Positions 19,092 through 29,237 of a stretch of DNA of 64,000 nucleotides are shown here, in pieces; position 1 is the stretch's first letter; each line of letters begins with the position of its first letter. The DNA is taken from positions 192,001 through 256,000 of the forward strand of contig CAVWEH010000004.1 in the NCBI GenBank assembly GCA_963753975.1, written 5' to 3'. The position numbers and the translations under genes are program-made. The notes below the pieces were generated by a model. That model made no database searches, was not told where the DNA came from, and saw nothing but the letters and a program-made list of their open reading frames with translations. Source of the stretch: an uncultured delta proteobacterium. GTDB lineage: Bacteria > Desulfobacterota > Syntrophia > Syntrophales > Smithellaceae.

Positions 19092-19766
19092 ATGAAAAAA
19101 CAAAACTGGCTTCTATTTATTGTGAAACTCAAATTTCAAAAACGAAGTGCATTGAAATTTGTCAGTCGAACAATCCCGCCGCAAGCGGAGGATATGATAC
19201 CACGCCTTTTAGGACGGAATTCGGGCATCGGGCTTGCCCCAGGATTCATATCCGTGATTAAAATCGGATTAATTTGTCTTTTTATTTTTTCCTTGCTCAA
19301 CTGCGGCTATTCTTTCGCTCCGCACGGCGAATACATCAACAAGCGCATCCAGAAAGTTTATGTCGAATCCTTCGGCAATAAAACAGCGCAGGCTGAAATT
19401 GAAAATTACGTCCGGACAGCCTTCATCAATCAGTTTATTCAATTCAGCCGTTTGAAAGTCGTGGAAAGCGCGGAATCGGCTGACGCGATAATTAAGGGAA
19501 CCATCCTTAATCTCAATACTACCCCTCTTTCTTATCGCGCCAATACTCTGGTGGCGGAAGAGCGGGCAACAATGACTTTAGAACTGACTTTCCAGGAAAA
19601 AGAAAGCGGTAAAACCATCTGGAACTCGAAAAGCATATCCCAAACGGTTGACTACACCCTGGAAGACAATATTAACCTGCTTCCCGCGGATAGAAAAAAC
19701 GCTTTTATAAAACTTTCCAATGATCTGGCGGAAAGAGCATTTAACCTGATGATGGCGGGATTTTAG
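19092..19766 (+). CDS. lptE: LPS assembly lipoprotein LptE with repeat insertion in the N-terminus
   Basis: Follows leuS; lipobox LLNC-GY; LptE-like body (ADAIIKGTI...). Confidence 0.75.
   Translation: MKKQNWLLFIVKLKFQKRSALKFVSRTIPPQAEDMIPRLLGRNSGIGLAPGFISVIKIGLICLFIFSLLNCGYSFAPHGEYINKRIQKVYVESFGNKTAQAEIENYVRTAFINQFIQFSRLKVVESAESADAIIKGTILNLNTTPLSYRANTLVAEERATMTLELTFQEKESGKTIWNSKSISQTVDYTLEDNINLLPADRKNAFIKLSNDLAERAFNLMMAGF
19122..19258. repeat. Palindromic repeat family B copy plus an extra module, inside the lptE reading frame
   Basis: GTGAAACTCAAATTTCAAAAACGAAGTGCATTGAAATTTG...TCCCGC aligns with 35455-35520 and 7838-7918. The right boundary is approximate. Confidence 0.75.
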
Positions 19767-19790
19767 CAAAATTCAGTTCAAGTAAGCATT

Positions 19791-22181
19791 ATGCATTCAA
19801 CCGTAAAATTTAGCCGCTTTCTTTTTTTGGCCGTCAATAACGAAAAAGAGGCGATTAGCGTTTGGCCTGCGCCACTTACTGCGGCAAAAGAAATTCGCCA
19901 TCTTTCTCCCTTCTTGAAAAAATTATCTGCACGCTTTTTATTTGTGGTTGATTCCCAAAAAGAAATCAAATTAAGCGCAAATTCCATTAACCATCTGCTC
20001 ACTGCCGCTGAAGAGAAACGCGCCGGCATTATTTATTCAGACTTTATTGAGAAAAAGGGAAATAATCTCGTTCCTCATCCGCTTATAGATTATCAACCGG
20101 GCAGTATCCGTGACAATTTTAATTTCGGCCATCTTTTTCTTTTTTCCGGCAATGCCATAACAGCCGCCTTGCAAAAATATGGCACTCTGCCATCCGCTGC
20201 CAATATCGCGCTATACGATTTGCGCCTGAAAGTTTCCATTGATTATCCCATCTTTCATGTTCCCGAATCTCTTTATACGGTTATCGATAAAAAGGTAAAA
20301 TCACCTAAGGGTAAAAGCGATAGAGTGGAAAACCATTTCGCTTATGCTACAGCTAAAAATATCATTCAACAAAAAAAACTGGAAAAGGCAGCCACGAATT
20401 ATCTAAAACTGACCGGAGCTTATTTAGAGGCACGCACCCAAAAAGCTCCCCGCACAAATGATTCCTTTCCCGTGGAAGCAAGCATTATCATCCCGGTGCT
20501 TAACCGCAAAAGAACGATCAAAGAATCAATTCAGAGCGCACTTGCACAAAAAACAAATTTCGCTTTTAATATCATTGTCGTGGATAATCATTCCACAGAT
20601 GGTACTACCGGCATAATTGAAAAGTTAACGGAAAAGGATAAAAAGATTAAACATATTATCCCTGATCGTCACGATTTAGGCATCGGCGGCTGCTGGAATG
20701 AAGCTATTTATTCCTCGCACTGCGGCCGCTACGCTATCCAGCTTGATTCCGACGATCTTTGCAGTTCAGCGCGAACGCTGCAAAAAATAGTTGATGCCTT
20801 ACACAAAGGAAATTACGCGTTGGTAGTCGGTGCTTATACCACAGTTGATCAACACCTGAAAAAAATCCCGCCGGGACTCATCGACCACAAAGAATGGACA
20901 AAAACCAACGGCCACAATAACCTTCTGCGTGTCAACGGATTAGGCGCCCCTCGCGCCTTCGATACTACCGTCATACGCAACATCGGCTTCCCCAATGTCA
21001 GCTATGGTGAAGATTACGCCGTTGCCCTGCGAATATCCCGCGAATACCAAATCGGACGAATTTATAAAAGCATTTATCTTTGCCGACGCTGGCGGAAAAA
21101 CACTGATGCCGCTCTCTCCATCGAAAAACAAAACCGTAATGATTTTTATAAAGACGAGCTGCGGACAATGGAAATAAAAGCACGACAGATACTAAATAAA
21201 AATAAAAAAGAATTGGCAGATAGAACTTTTGCTAAATATCCCCGGGGAAAACAAAATTCTCTGACCGCCCTATGCCTCAATCTTTTAGAGGAACAAAAGA
21301 AAAGCTGGCCTGGGTTTGCTCATTCTCATCAAGAGTTAGTCAATATTCGCACGCGTTCAATTTCCTGCGGCAGCTACATTGTTGATTTGCAATTCAATCC
21401 TCAGCGCGCTCGCAGTAGTGGCGCTGCCATTGATCGGAAATCAATCGAAAACAGGCCCTGCTTTTTGTGCACCGATAATCTTCCGACACAACAGCGGGGA
21501 ATACTATACAGGAAAAATTATCTCATCCTTTGCAATCCGGCGCCTATTTTCGATAAACACTTTACTGTCGCTTTTTTGCGGCACCGACCGCAAACAATCG
21601 CCGCTTCTTTAATTTGGCTCATGAGTTTAGCTAAAGATTTAACTCCCGAGTATGCTGTTTTTTATAACGGACCAGCCTGCGGAGCTTCGGCTCCCGATCA
21701 TTTGCACTTGCAGGCCATCCCTAAAAAAGCACTGCCTTTTATAGAAGCATTCGAGACAAAATCTCCGATTAAAGAAATATCCGGCGTAAATTTTTACACC
21801 GGAGAAAAACTCGACCGTTCAGTAGTTATTATGAGCGGAAAAGACAAGAAATCCGTGCAGGAACAATTCCACCGTTTGATCAAAGCCACACAAAAAATCA
21901 CTCTCGCGAACAGGGAACCGATGATTAATGTTGTTTGCACCTATGAAACCAACACCTGGCGTTTGATAATATTTCTGCGGCAAAAACACCGTCCGGACGC
22001 CTTCTTTCTTGAAGGCGAAAAAAGAATTTTTGTCTCCTTAGGTGCAATCGATATGGCGGGGGTAATCATCACACCTCTACTTCACGATTTCCATCGTCTG
22101 GACGCCTCCCAGATCAGCAGTATCTACCGGGAAGTGTCACTGGCAGAAGATGTAACCAATAAAATAATCCGGGAATTGTAA
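19791..22181 (+). CDS. GT2 glycosyltransferase fused to DUF4922 (HIT-like phosphorylase)
   Basis: [21 protein letters not shown] and YGEDY; C-terminal RPCFLC and [12 protein letters not shown]. Confidence 0.8.
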   Translation: MHSTVKFSRFLFLAVNNEKEAISVWPAPLTAAKEIRHLSPFLKKLSARFLFVVDSQKEIKLSANSINHLLTAAEEKRAGIIYSDFIEKKGNNLVPHPLIDYQPGSIRDNFNFGHLFLFSGNAITAALQKYGTLPSAANIALYDLRLKVSIDYPIFHVPESLYTVIDKKVKSPKGKSDRVENHFAYATAKNIIQQKKLEKAATNYLKLTGAYLEARTQKAPRTNDSFPVEASIIIPVLNRKRTIKESIQSALAQKTNFAFNIIVVDNHSTDGTTGIIEKLTEKDKKIKHIIPDRHDLGIGGCWNEAIYSSHCGRYAIQLDSDDLCSSARTLQKIVDALHKGNYALVVGAYTTVDQHLKKIPPGLIDHKEWTKTNGHNNLLRVNGLGAPRAFDTTVIRNIGFPNVSYGEDYAVALRISREYQIGRIYKSIYLCRRWRKNTDAALSIEKQNRNDFYKDELRTMEIKARQILNKNKKELADRTFAKYPRGKQNSLTALCLNLLEEQKKSWPGFAHSHQELVNIRTRSISCGSYIVDLQFNPQRARSSGAAIDRKSIENRPCFLCTDNLPTQQRGILYRKNYLILCNPAPIFDKHFTVAFLRHRPQTIAASLIWLMSLAKDLTPEYAVFYNGPACGASAPDHLHLQAIPKKALPFIEAFETKSPIKEISGVNFYTGEKLDRSVVIMSGKDKKSVQEQFHRLIKATQKITLANREPMINVVCTYETNTWRLIIFLRQKHRPDAFFLEGEKRIFVSLGAIDMAGVIITPLLHDFHRLDASQISSIYREVSLAEDVTNKIIREL

Positions 22182-22194
22182 CGAATAATTAATT

Positions 22195-22749
22195 ATGAAC
22201 GGCAGCGATAATACAATTGTGGATAGCGACTTTAGTTTTTCCGATGCTATTGCAGGAACAAACGCACCCCTGAAAATAGTCGACGACTTATCACTGGTAG
22301 ATGTCTGCTACTATTCTTTTGACGGCAGGCGTCATCTGGGACAGATTATCATCAACAAGGAATTGGAGGATGATGTCTGCGAAATTTTCTTTTTAATCGA
22401 AAAAATAAAGTTTCCCGTAGGCTCTGTTATTCCCATTGCCGCCTATAGCTGGCAAGACAATGAATCTATGGCCGACAATAACACCTCCAGCTTTAATTTT
22501 CGCATAATCGAAGGAACGACAAAATTATCACTCCACTCCTTCGGACGCGCCTTAGATATCAATCCGGTGCAAAATCCCGTAATTTATCCTCACGGCCTTA
22601 TAGCTCCTGCGGGCGCAGTTTACGATCCCCAACGGAAGGGAACTTTTGCGCTGACAAATCCTATCGTCCAGAAATTTTTAAAACGCGGCTGGCACTGGGG
22701 CGGCAATTTCGATCAGCCGAAAGACTATCACCATTTTGAAAAGCCCTGA
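22195..22749 (+). CDS. M15-family metallopeptidase
   Basis: SLHSFGRALDINP, WGG and DYHHFE. Confidence 0.85.
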   Translation: MNGSDNTIVDSDFSFSDAIAGTNAPLKIVDDLSLVDVCYYSFDGRRHLGQIIINKELEDDVCEIFFLIEKIKFPVGSVIPIAAYSWQDNESMADNNTSSFNFRIIEGTTKLSLHSFGRALDINPVQNPVIYPHGLIAPAGAVYDPQRKGTFALTNPIVQKFLKRGWHWGGNFDQPKDYHHFEKP

Positions 22750-22751
22750 TA

Positions 22752-22870
22752 CCAATTCCAAATCAAAGCGCTATCTGTGTTGGCAGCGTCGTCGGCTTCC
22801 TCAACGTATGTACAATACGCTTCGTCGCCTCCTCCTTGCCGCCTTGATATCATCTTAGATTTGAAATCGG
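22752..22870. repeat. MITE-like element family A, copy 1 (119 bp)
   Basis: Inverted homologue of 38069-38187 with degenerate 17-bp TIRs. Confidence 0.85.
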
Positions 22871-23629
22871 CCGAGCGACAATAATGCCGGTAAATTTTTT
22901 ATTTTGTTTTAAATAAGTGGCAAGAGTTTTTTTCGATATTACTACACCGCCTTCCTTGCTGGAGGCATGTAAAAGATGCAAATTTTTCCCTTGCCAGAGG
23001 GCAAAGCCAACATGAGCGATATCCAATCCTTCTTTTTCAGTTACAAAGGCAATGATGTCACCATTTTTAATTTTTTCTTTCCGTCGGCTTATTTCCATTC
23101 CAATCACACAGAAAATTCTGCGGGAAATATTTTTCTCCAGAATCAACATTTTATTAAATTCATTTTCGCTTTTTAATGCCGGATAAGACTCACGGTGAGT
23201 CGTCATATAATTTATTTTTTTACGCTTAGGTTTACCGCCCAAACCCTTCGAGATGTCTGCGACAATTCTTTTCTTTTCGTTGTCCCATAGCCAATCGGTG
23301 AAGTAATGCAGACGAGAGGAATAACCGGCAATAACACCATGCCTGTACCTAATAGACTTTAATTTGCGCCGAAATTCCCGTGGTAAAATTTTTCCTACGG
23401 CGAAGCAATGAGAGAGCGCCAGGACGGTTTCCAAAAAAGTAAAACAATCAAATTGAGTGAAGTTGACGATTAGCTTTTCTTTGCCTCTTGTCTCCAAGGT
23501 TCCCACTTTGTAAGAAGCATCTAGAAACTCCCGGCCAATTTCTATTAGCAAATCGCCAAAGGACAAATCTTTCCCTTCCAGCCGCCGTTTAAGGCTATTA
23601 AAATTAAATTGCTTCATTAAAATATTCAT
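22850..23629 (-). CDS. DUF1460 NlpC/P60-superfamily amidase-like protein
   Basis: FDCFTFLE, RLHYFTDW, GLDIAHVG and LLHASS. Confidence 0.8.
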   Translation of the reverse strand: MNILMKQFNFNSLKRRLEGKDLSFGDLLIEIGREFLDASYKVGTLETRGKEKLIVNFTQFDCFTFLETVLALSHCFAVGKILPREFRRKLKSIRYRHGVIAGYSSRLHYFTDWLWDNEKKRIVADISKGLGGKPKRKKINYMTTHRESYPALKSENEFNKMLILEKNISRRIFCVIGMEISRRKEKIKNGDIIAFVTEKEGLDIAHVGFALWQGKNLHLLHASSKEGGVVISKKTLATYLKQNKKFTGIIVARPISNLR

Positions 23630-23748
23630 AAGCGTCTTTGTAAATTATTCTTCGCCACAAAGCAAATCGAAAAATATACCCCAAATATTGACAATATTTT
23701 AAAAAATGCCATAGTGAGACTATGCATTTAAAACAAGGAGAATAAACT

Positions 23749-24606
23749 ATGGCACTTGTCCAAGCAGGAAATATCAAACTGAATTATGTCGAACACGGCA
23801 CAGGAAATAATATTGTTGTTTTCATTCACGGCTATTTGGGCTGCGTCCAGTGGATGGATTTAATCTGGCCTAGGCTACCCGAGGATATTCATGTATTTGC
23901 AATAGATTGGCGCGGGTGCGGTGAATCCGAAAAACCGATTCCAACAAGGAATTTTGAAAATTACTCACTCCGGCAGCACGCGGAAGATATGATTGCCGCC
24001 ATCAAGGCGCTGGGCGTTAGAAAATGCTCGCTCGCCACGCACTCCACAGGCGGCATTATCAGTGTTTATATGCTGCTTGATGAGCCGGATATGTTTGATA
24101 AGGTATTAGCCCTTGATCCGGTAAGCCCCACGGGATTACTTGTTCCGGAAAATTATCGCCTTGCTTTTCAAACCATAAAAGAAAACAGAAATTATGCTTT
24201 CAAATTTCTCACTTTCGCCGCTCCGACACTTTTCGTCAAAGAATCGTTAAGAACAGGCGTGAAAAGTCAATTTAAACCCCAAACATCGGCTGAGCAAAAG
24301 GACCTTTTTAACATGATTGTGGACAAGGCAAGAATTTTGAGCGACGGCGCCGGAGTTGGCACCCTGTATCATCTGCGTGATGAACGCGCGACCGGCACAT
24401 TAGCCAAGAAAACTCACCGCATCAAACAACCAATTCTGGTTTTATGGGGCGAAGAGGATGTGGTTATCCCACGTCAGGATACAGACGAAACCGTCAAGCT
24501 CTTGCCCAACTGCAAGCTCATGACAATTAAAGACATAGGCCACTCTTTAACTCTTGAAAATCCTGATTTATACGCAAAGTATTTTACAGATTATTTTAAA
24601 GAATAA
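23749..24606 (+). CDS. Alpha/beta hydrolase
   Basis: FIHG, DWRGCGES, THSTGG nucleophile elbow, GEEDVV and GH. Confidence 0.9.
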   Translation: MALVQAGNIKLNYVEHGTGNNIVVFIHGYLGCVQWMDLIWPRLPEDIHVFAIDWRGCGESEKPIPTRNFENYSLRQHAEDMIAAIKALGVRKCSLATHSTGGIISVYMLLDEPDMFDKVLALDPVSPTGLLVPENYRLAFQTIKENRNYAFKFLTFAAPTLFVKESLRTGVKSQFKPQTSAEQKDLFNMIVDKARILSDGAGVGTLYHLRDERATGTLAKKTHRIKQPILVLWGEEDVVIPRQDTDETVKLLPNCKLMTIKDIGHSLTLENPDLYAKYFTDYFKE

Positions 24607-24716
24607 ATAAAAGCGGCGCGTCTTTCACGGACAAGCCGCGGTCGGATTATGTGCTTTATCCCGATAGCCGTGGATACGGGATAAATTCCACTTTCGCTTC
24701 CTATAGTCAGCGAGTG

Positions 24717-24980
24717 TCATTTAAGTGCGTTTACTTTCTTGGTGAGGCGGGAAATTTTGCGGGAAGCATTTTTCTTGTGAATTACGCCTTTAACCGCCGC
24801 TTTATTCAGCGCGGGAATAACGGTTATGAGCGCGCTTACGGAATCTTTTTTCTTTTTACCTTCCACAGCCGTAATTACTGCTTTAACCTTGGTCTTGAGC
24901 GCAGACTTAACGGCGATATTGCGCTCGCGGTGTTTTTTACTCTGACGATCGCGTTTTTCTGCTGATTTATGTGTTGCCAA
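24717..24980 (-). CDS. rpsT: 30S ribosomal protein S20
   Basis: MATHKSAEKR...KGVIHKKNASRKISRL. Confidence 0.97.
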   Translation of the reverse strand: MATHKSAEKRDRQSKKHRERNIAVKSALKTKVKAVITAVEGKKKKDSVSALITVIPALNKAAVKGVIHKKNASRKISRLTKKVNALK

Positions 24981-25069
24981 AAGTATCCTCCTAAACTTAA
25001 TTTTCTATTAAGGTAACGTTGTTTAGCCCAATTATTTCAGGCTGTCAAGTGCAAACTCTGCGGCCTACC

Positions 25070-27145
25070 TTAAAATTCTTTGTTCACCCTTCTGTTTTTA
25101 AGTTCCGCCAATTTTCCTTTGTTCCAGCCGGAAATTTTGCTGAAATATTTGGTAAGCCGCGCGATGCCTTCGACCTCGTTCGAACCGCAGTAAATGCATG
25201 CTTCATTCAAGCCGGAAGCCGTTTTACCGCAGGAAAGGCAGAAAGTAAATTCAGGAGAAAAATCAATCTGACGATTGGCAGAATTATCAAACACTTCTCG
25301 AATGAACTTACTTAATTCTTTCTTGCCCGGATTTGAGCCACCTAGCTGTAAATGCGTGATATGCTCGCCTTCCAAATATTTATGAAAAAGACCCTCTTGA
25401 ATGACCCTTTGCAGAGGCGGCACATTGGCGGCAACATTCAAGTGCGTCGAGTTTGTATAATAAATCGCGCCTTCGGCAATATCGCCTTTCACATAGCGTC
25501 CCGCCGCCGGAGAAAAATATTTTAAATCGAGTCTCGCAAACCGGTAAGCAGTGGTTTCCGCCGGTGACTGCTCCAACACAAATTTTATTCCGAATTTTTC
25601 ACTCAGAAAATCGGCCTCACGCCTCAGGTAGCCTACCACTTTCAAACCAAATTCCAGAGCTTCCCGTGATTCGTGCAGCTGACTCCCCGTATGGATTTGC
25701 ACAAGTTCATTTATTCCGACGAGGCCGATAATGTAATAAGCCCGGGACATTCTTAAAAACGGAAACCCATCATGGTTCATGGCCAGCACGGCCAAAGGAC
25801 CTTTATCGGCGTAAGAAAGAAGTTTCTCCAGAAAATCTTTTTTCTGGATGTGCGCCTTTACTGCTGTTGCCGTAAATTCAGTAAGGAAGGCAAATAATCT
25901 TTCTTTGTCGCCGGCGGCTTTATAGGCGAGCCGCGGCAAATTCAAAGTCACGCTTTGAATGGCGGCAGAGCGCATGAGCCACGGTTTCTTCATTTCTTCC
26001 TTGTAATCGCCATCACCTCTATAACCGGCCTTACAGCAGGCGAAAGATAACGCATTTTCAGCTCTATCGAAAATAAAGCAAGTATTGCCTTTGAGGCCGG
26101 CCACTTCACAGGCCTGTTCGAGATAATGCTCAGCACCTTTAGTTTTCCAAAAAGCTTCAGTTATATGCAGGAGCGGCCGGGGCAGGATGAACGGCTTTCC
26201 TGTGGCATCACCTTTTTTAAATACTTCCAATATGGCCAAAGCCAGGCGTTGAGCATCTCCTACGTATTCACCATAAGTTTTACCGGTAGGTTTTCCTTCC
26301 GGCCCGATGGCAGGGAGCTTCGCCCAATGCGGTGGTATTTCGTAATAGATGTGCATATCGGTATATAAAGCCTGCCCGCCGCGCGTGGCGGAAAGCTGGG
26401 AGAATTCATAAATAAGCATTTGTGCAAACTGTTTCACATCTTTCTCGGACATAGCGCCCAGATAAGGCGCGAAAGAAATGTTGAGCCCATCCCAGCCGAT
26501 TGTACCGGTAAAATGTCCTTGCAGAATGGCGCTAAAACGCACCATGTGCAACAAAAGCACCTCGGCATATTTTGCGGGCCTGGCAGAGTTCACTGCCTGA
26601 GGCAAATTCAAGCCGTTAATTTTAAGATATTCCAAAGATTGACAGCAGTTGTAAGGACGGTCAACGTACCCCAGAGAGTGAATGTGAATGTCACCCGCGG
26701 CATGCGCGTCCCCGATGTCGGCGGAAAAAACATCATAAAGGGAAAATTCTCTTTTAATTCCTTCGGCAAAAATCAGGTTTGTGCCTTCCGGAGAATGAGG
26801 AGTGTTGGCGCTTTCCTTATTCTGGTGTAAAATCAATTGCCGGACGTCATAAAGAGGAAATCCTAAACGGCCGTGCAGTCTCCGTTCTTTCTCCAGCCCC
26901 CTTTCAATGAGCCGGGCATTAACCATCTCGCGGATAAGAGCTGTCGTAAGCACGCCGATCCCGGAAGAAACAATCTGTCTTTCCACTTCTTTCGATATTT
27001 CTGCCGCGAGACCATAATCTATATTGGCTTCGCGCACCAACGCATCGACAATGCGCTGGCGGTTCCAGGGAGCTATTTCCTCTCCGGAAGTGCGGACAAA
27101 AAGAGTTATATCTGTGGTTTCGGAATTTTCCAGCATATCAAACAT
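25070..27145 (-). CDS. nrdD: Class III anaerobic ribonucleoside-triphosphate reductase homologue (ATP cone; glycyl-radical Gly replaced by Lys)
   Basis: ATP cone, GDIHIH, EQSPAETTAYRFA, YYTNS, C-terminal CxxC/CxxC followed by RLTKYFS. Start placed at ATG 27145, overlapping the upstream stop. Confidence 0.85.
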   Translation of the reverse strand: MFDMLENSETTDITLFVRTSGEEIAPWNRQRIVDALVREANIDYGLAAEISKEVERQIVSSGIGVLTTALIREMVNARLIERGLEKERRLHGRLGFPLYDVRQLILHQNKESANTPHSPEGTNLIFAEGIKREFSLYDVFSADIGDAHAAGDIHIHSLGYVDRPYNCCQSLEYLKINGLNLPQAVNSARPAKYAEVLLLHMVRFSAILQGHFTGTIGWDGLNISFAPYLGAMSEKDVKQFAQMLIYEFSQLSATRGGQALYTDMHIYYEIPPHWAKLPAIGPEGKPTGKTYGEYVGDAQRLALAILEVFKKGDATGKPFILPRPLLHITEAFWKTKGAEHYLEQACEVAGLKGNTCFIFDRAENALSFACCKAGYRGDGDYKEEMKKPWLMRSAAIQSVTLNLPRLAYKAAGDKERLFAFLTEFTATAVKAHIQKKDFLEKLLSYADKGPLAVLAMNHDGFPFLRMSRAYYIIGLVGINELVQIHTGSQLHESREALEFGLKVVGYLRREADFLSEKFGIKFVLEQSPAETTAYRFARLDLKYFSPAAGRYVKGDIAEGAIYYTNSTHLNVAANVPPLQRVIQEGLFHKYLEGEHITHLQLGGSNPGKKELSKFIREVFDNSANRQIDFSPEFTFCLSCGKTASGLNEACIYCGSNEVEGIARLTKYFSKISGWNKGKLAELKNRRVNKEF

Positions 27146-28562
27146 TAGTAGGCACTGATGATGATTCGACAGCATTCAAAACATTTTCCGTGGCTCTGGA
27201 TAGTTCTTCATCATAATCGTGACTCAGTGAAAACACCCGGAAGTGCATAACGCGCGCCGGTATAAAACGGTATATTTCCAAAAGCGGTTCCGGCGATGTC
27301 ATTTCCGTAACCGGATTAAAAATATTGATTCTTTTTCCGGGTTCGGCCATAGGATTGAGCGGACGAGGATCCTGCGTGGCTAAATCCACTTTAAAATAAA
27401 TTTCTTTTAACTTTTTGGGAAGACGTTCTCTTATTTTTGCTTCATAATCCCCAGCACGAACAAATCCGGTGCCGCGGTGAATTTGAGCAATGGAAATTTC
27501 CGTGGAAAAGGACATCTTCCACTTAACTTCTCTGGCGTGTAGTTTTCTCCATTCATCGGCCAGTTTTCTTTTCTTTTGGTCATTATGTGTGAGCCAGCTT
27601 TGCACTTCATTGAATAAAAACCATTCATCACAATGCAGATAAGCGTCTAATTTTTTCAACGGATTATAAGGGAAAATTATTTCCATGGTATCGTGAAATA
27701 TTTCCTGCAAATGCAAATCTAAGGCGCGCGTGGTGCGGTGAAAGTAAACGTTAGTGTATAAATTCAGACGGGCGTTGAGAAAGCGCCCCAAAGCGGAAAT
27801 GCCCGATTGATGCAAGGTAAGGCCGTCTTTGGTAAAAAAAGTGTAGTAGCGCAGACGGGGAATATCCACCATATCCAGCGAAAAGCCGGTCATGTATGCA
27901 TCGCGTTGAACATAATCGAGGTTATCCACCGTATAAATACCCGAAAACAACTGGCGCAAGAACTGCAACCAGCGCGGCTGCCGGGTATTTTCTCTGGCTT
28001 CGGGCATCTTGATTAAATAGGCTACATGAAGGGGATTCAAAGCTTCGCCGCGCGCAAATAAGCCGGAAGGACTGCGTTTGATCCGGGAAATATCCGCTCC
28101 GAGCTTTTCGACGATAATACTCTGTCCGATTATTTCATGCGTTAAGCCCCAGTCACTCAAAAAATTATCGTCAAAAAAATGACCGTAGGGACCGTGCCCC
28201 ACGTCATGAAAAAGACCGGCGAGACGCAGTAGCTCTTCCACGTAATTGCAGGAGGGTACATCTTTACAAACATCGGACAAACTCGAATAAATGCTTTTGG
28301 CGAATTCTCCGGCAACGTGCATTGTGCCCAGAGAATGTTGAAATCGGGAATGTTCCGCAGCCGGATAAACCCAGCGCGCACTTTGCAACTGGTAAATCCT
28401 TCTTAATCTCTGCATCCAGGGGGAATCAATCAGGTCTTTTTCCGTGGTTTCGTCAGGAGCAATATCTTCCGGCACTGTAAAAAGCGCATATTGATGTATA
28501 GGGTCAGCGATCAAAGCCATACCTTGATAAATATTGTGCCCGGCGGAAGTGGTCTTTTTCAT
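27138..28562 (-). CDS. HD-domain phosphohydrolase, SAMHD1/dNTP triphosphohydrolase-like
   Basis: QRLRRIYQL, HSRFQHSLG, HDVGHGPYGH, DNLDYVQRD and VYFH. Confidence 0.85.
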   Translation of the reverse strand: MKKTTSAGHNIYQGMALIADPIHQYALFTVPEDIAPDETTEKDLIDSPWMQRLRRIYQLQSARWVYPAAEHSRFQHSLGTMHVAGEFAKSIYSSLSDVCKDVPSCNYVEELLRLAGLFHDVGHGPYGHFFDDNFLSDWGLTHEIIGQSIIVEKLGADISRIKRSPSGLFARGEALNPLHVAYLIKMPEARENTRQPRWLQFLRQLFSGIYTVDNLDYVQRDAYMTGFSLDMVDIPRLRYYTFFTKDGLTLHQSGISALGRFLNARLNLYTNVYFHRTTRALDLHLQEIFHDTMEIIFPYNPLKKLDAYLHCDEWFLFNEVQSWLTHNDQKKRKLADEWRKLHAREVKWKMSFSTEISIAQIHRGTGFVRAGDYEAKIRERLPKKLKEIYFKVDLATQDPRPLNPMAEPGKRINIFNPVTEMTSPEPLLEIYRFIPARVMHFRVFSLSHDYDEELSRATENVLNAVESSSVPTNV

Positions 28563-29237
28563 GACGGATTGTGTACAATATTCCGCCCAAAAGATCAATT
28601 TCAATCATTGCTTTTATGCTTGACTATTAATTGGTTCATACAAAACCAGATTTCGGCATGGACAGAACTGCACTTAATTTCGGAACACAACTGTAATGTC
28701 GTCTGTGTAGCATCTAAAAAGGTAATGAAAACTTCGTTGCCGACAAAAAGTGGTACATCTTTAATGCTTCATCGGGTTGATGCATTCTTCTTGTAATGTT
28801 GTTTTTCTTATTTGCCCAATTTATACAACATTTCAATTGGAAATTATCAAAAAGTAACCAAAGTACAACTTAACCCATCTGGTGCAACCAGAGGGCGGCG
28901 GATCAAAGGTCCTAGCCATTATTCCGAAATTTAATCTTTTGGCTTTCTTCACCATAGAAGGTGTTCGGTCCCTCCATGAAGGAGTTTTTTGCAAACAAGA
29001 AAGAGAAGCAATTTACTGTTTTGATATGTCCATCTCCACTATATATTATTACCATTTTTTAGTTTGATAAGAACTTCCTTCGCGGGAAGGGTGAAAACTA
29101 ACCAGAGGTCCAAGCTGCACTATCTGATAAAAGGATACTTGAAGAGGTTATCTTCCATTATGGTGCATGCCGGACTTCTGTATCGGGATTGATACTGATA
29201 ATATTGTTATAGTCTTTGCAATTTAAGTGAAATTAAT

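Noticed and set aside
28620..29220. Short ORFs or possible decayed gene
   Set aside because: No recognisable motif in any frame; cannot be supported without BLASTX.
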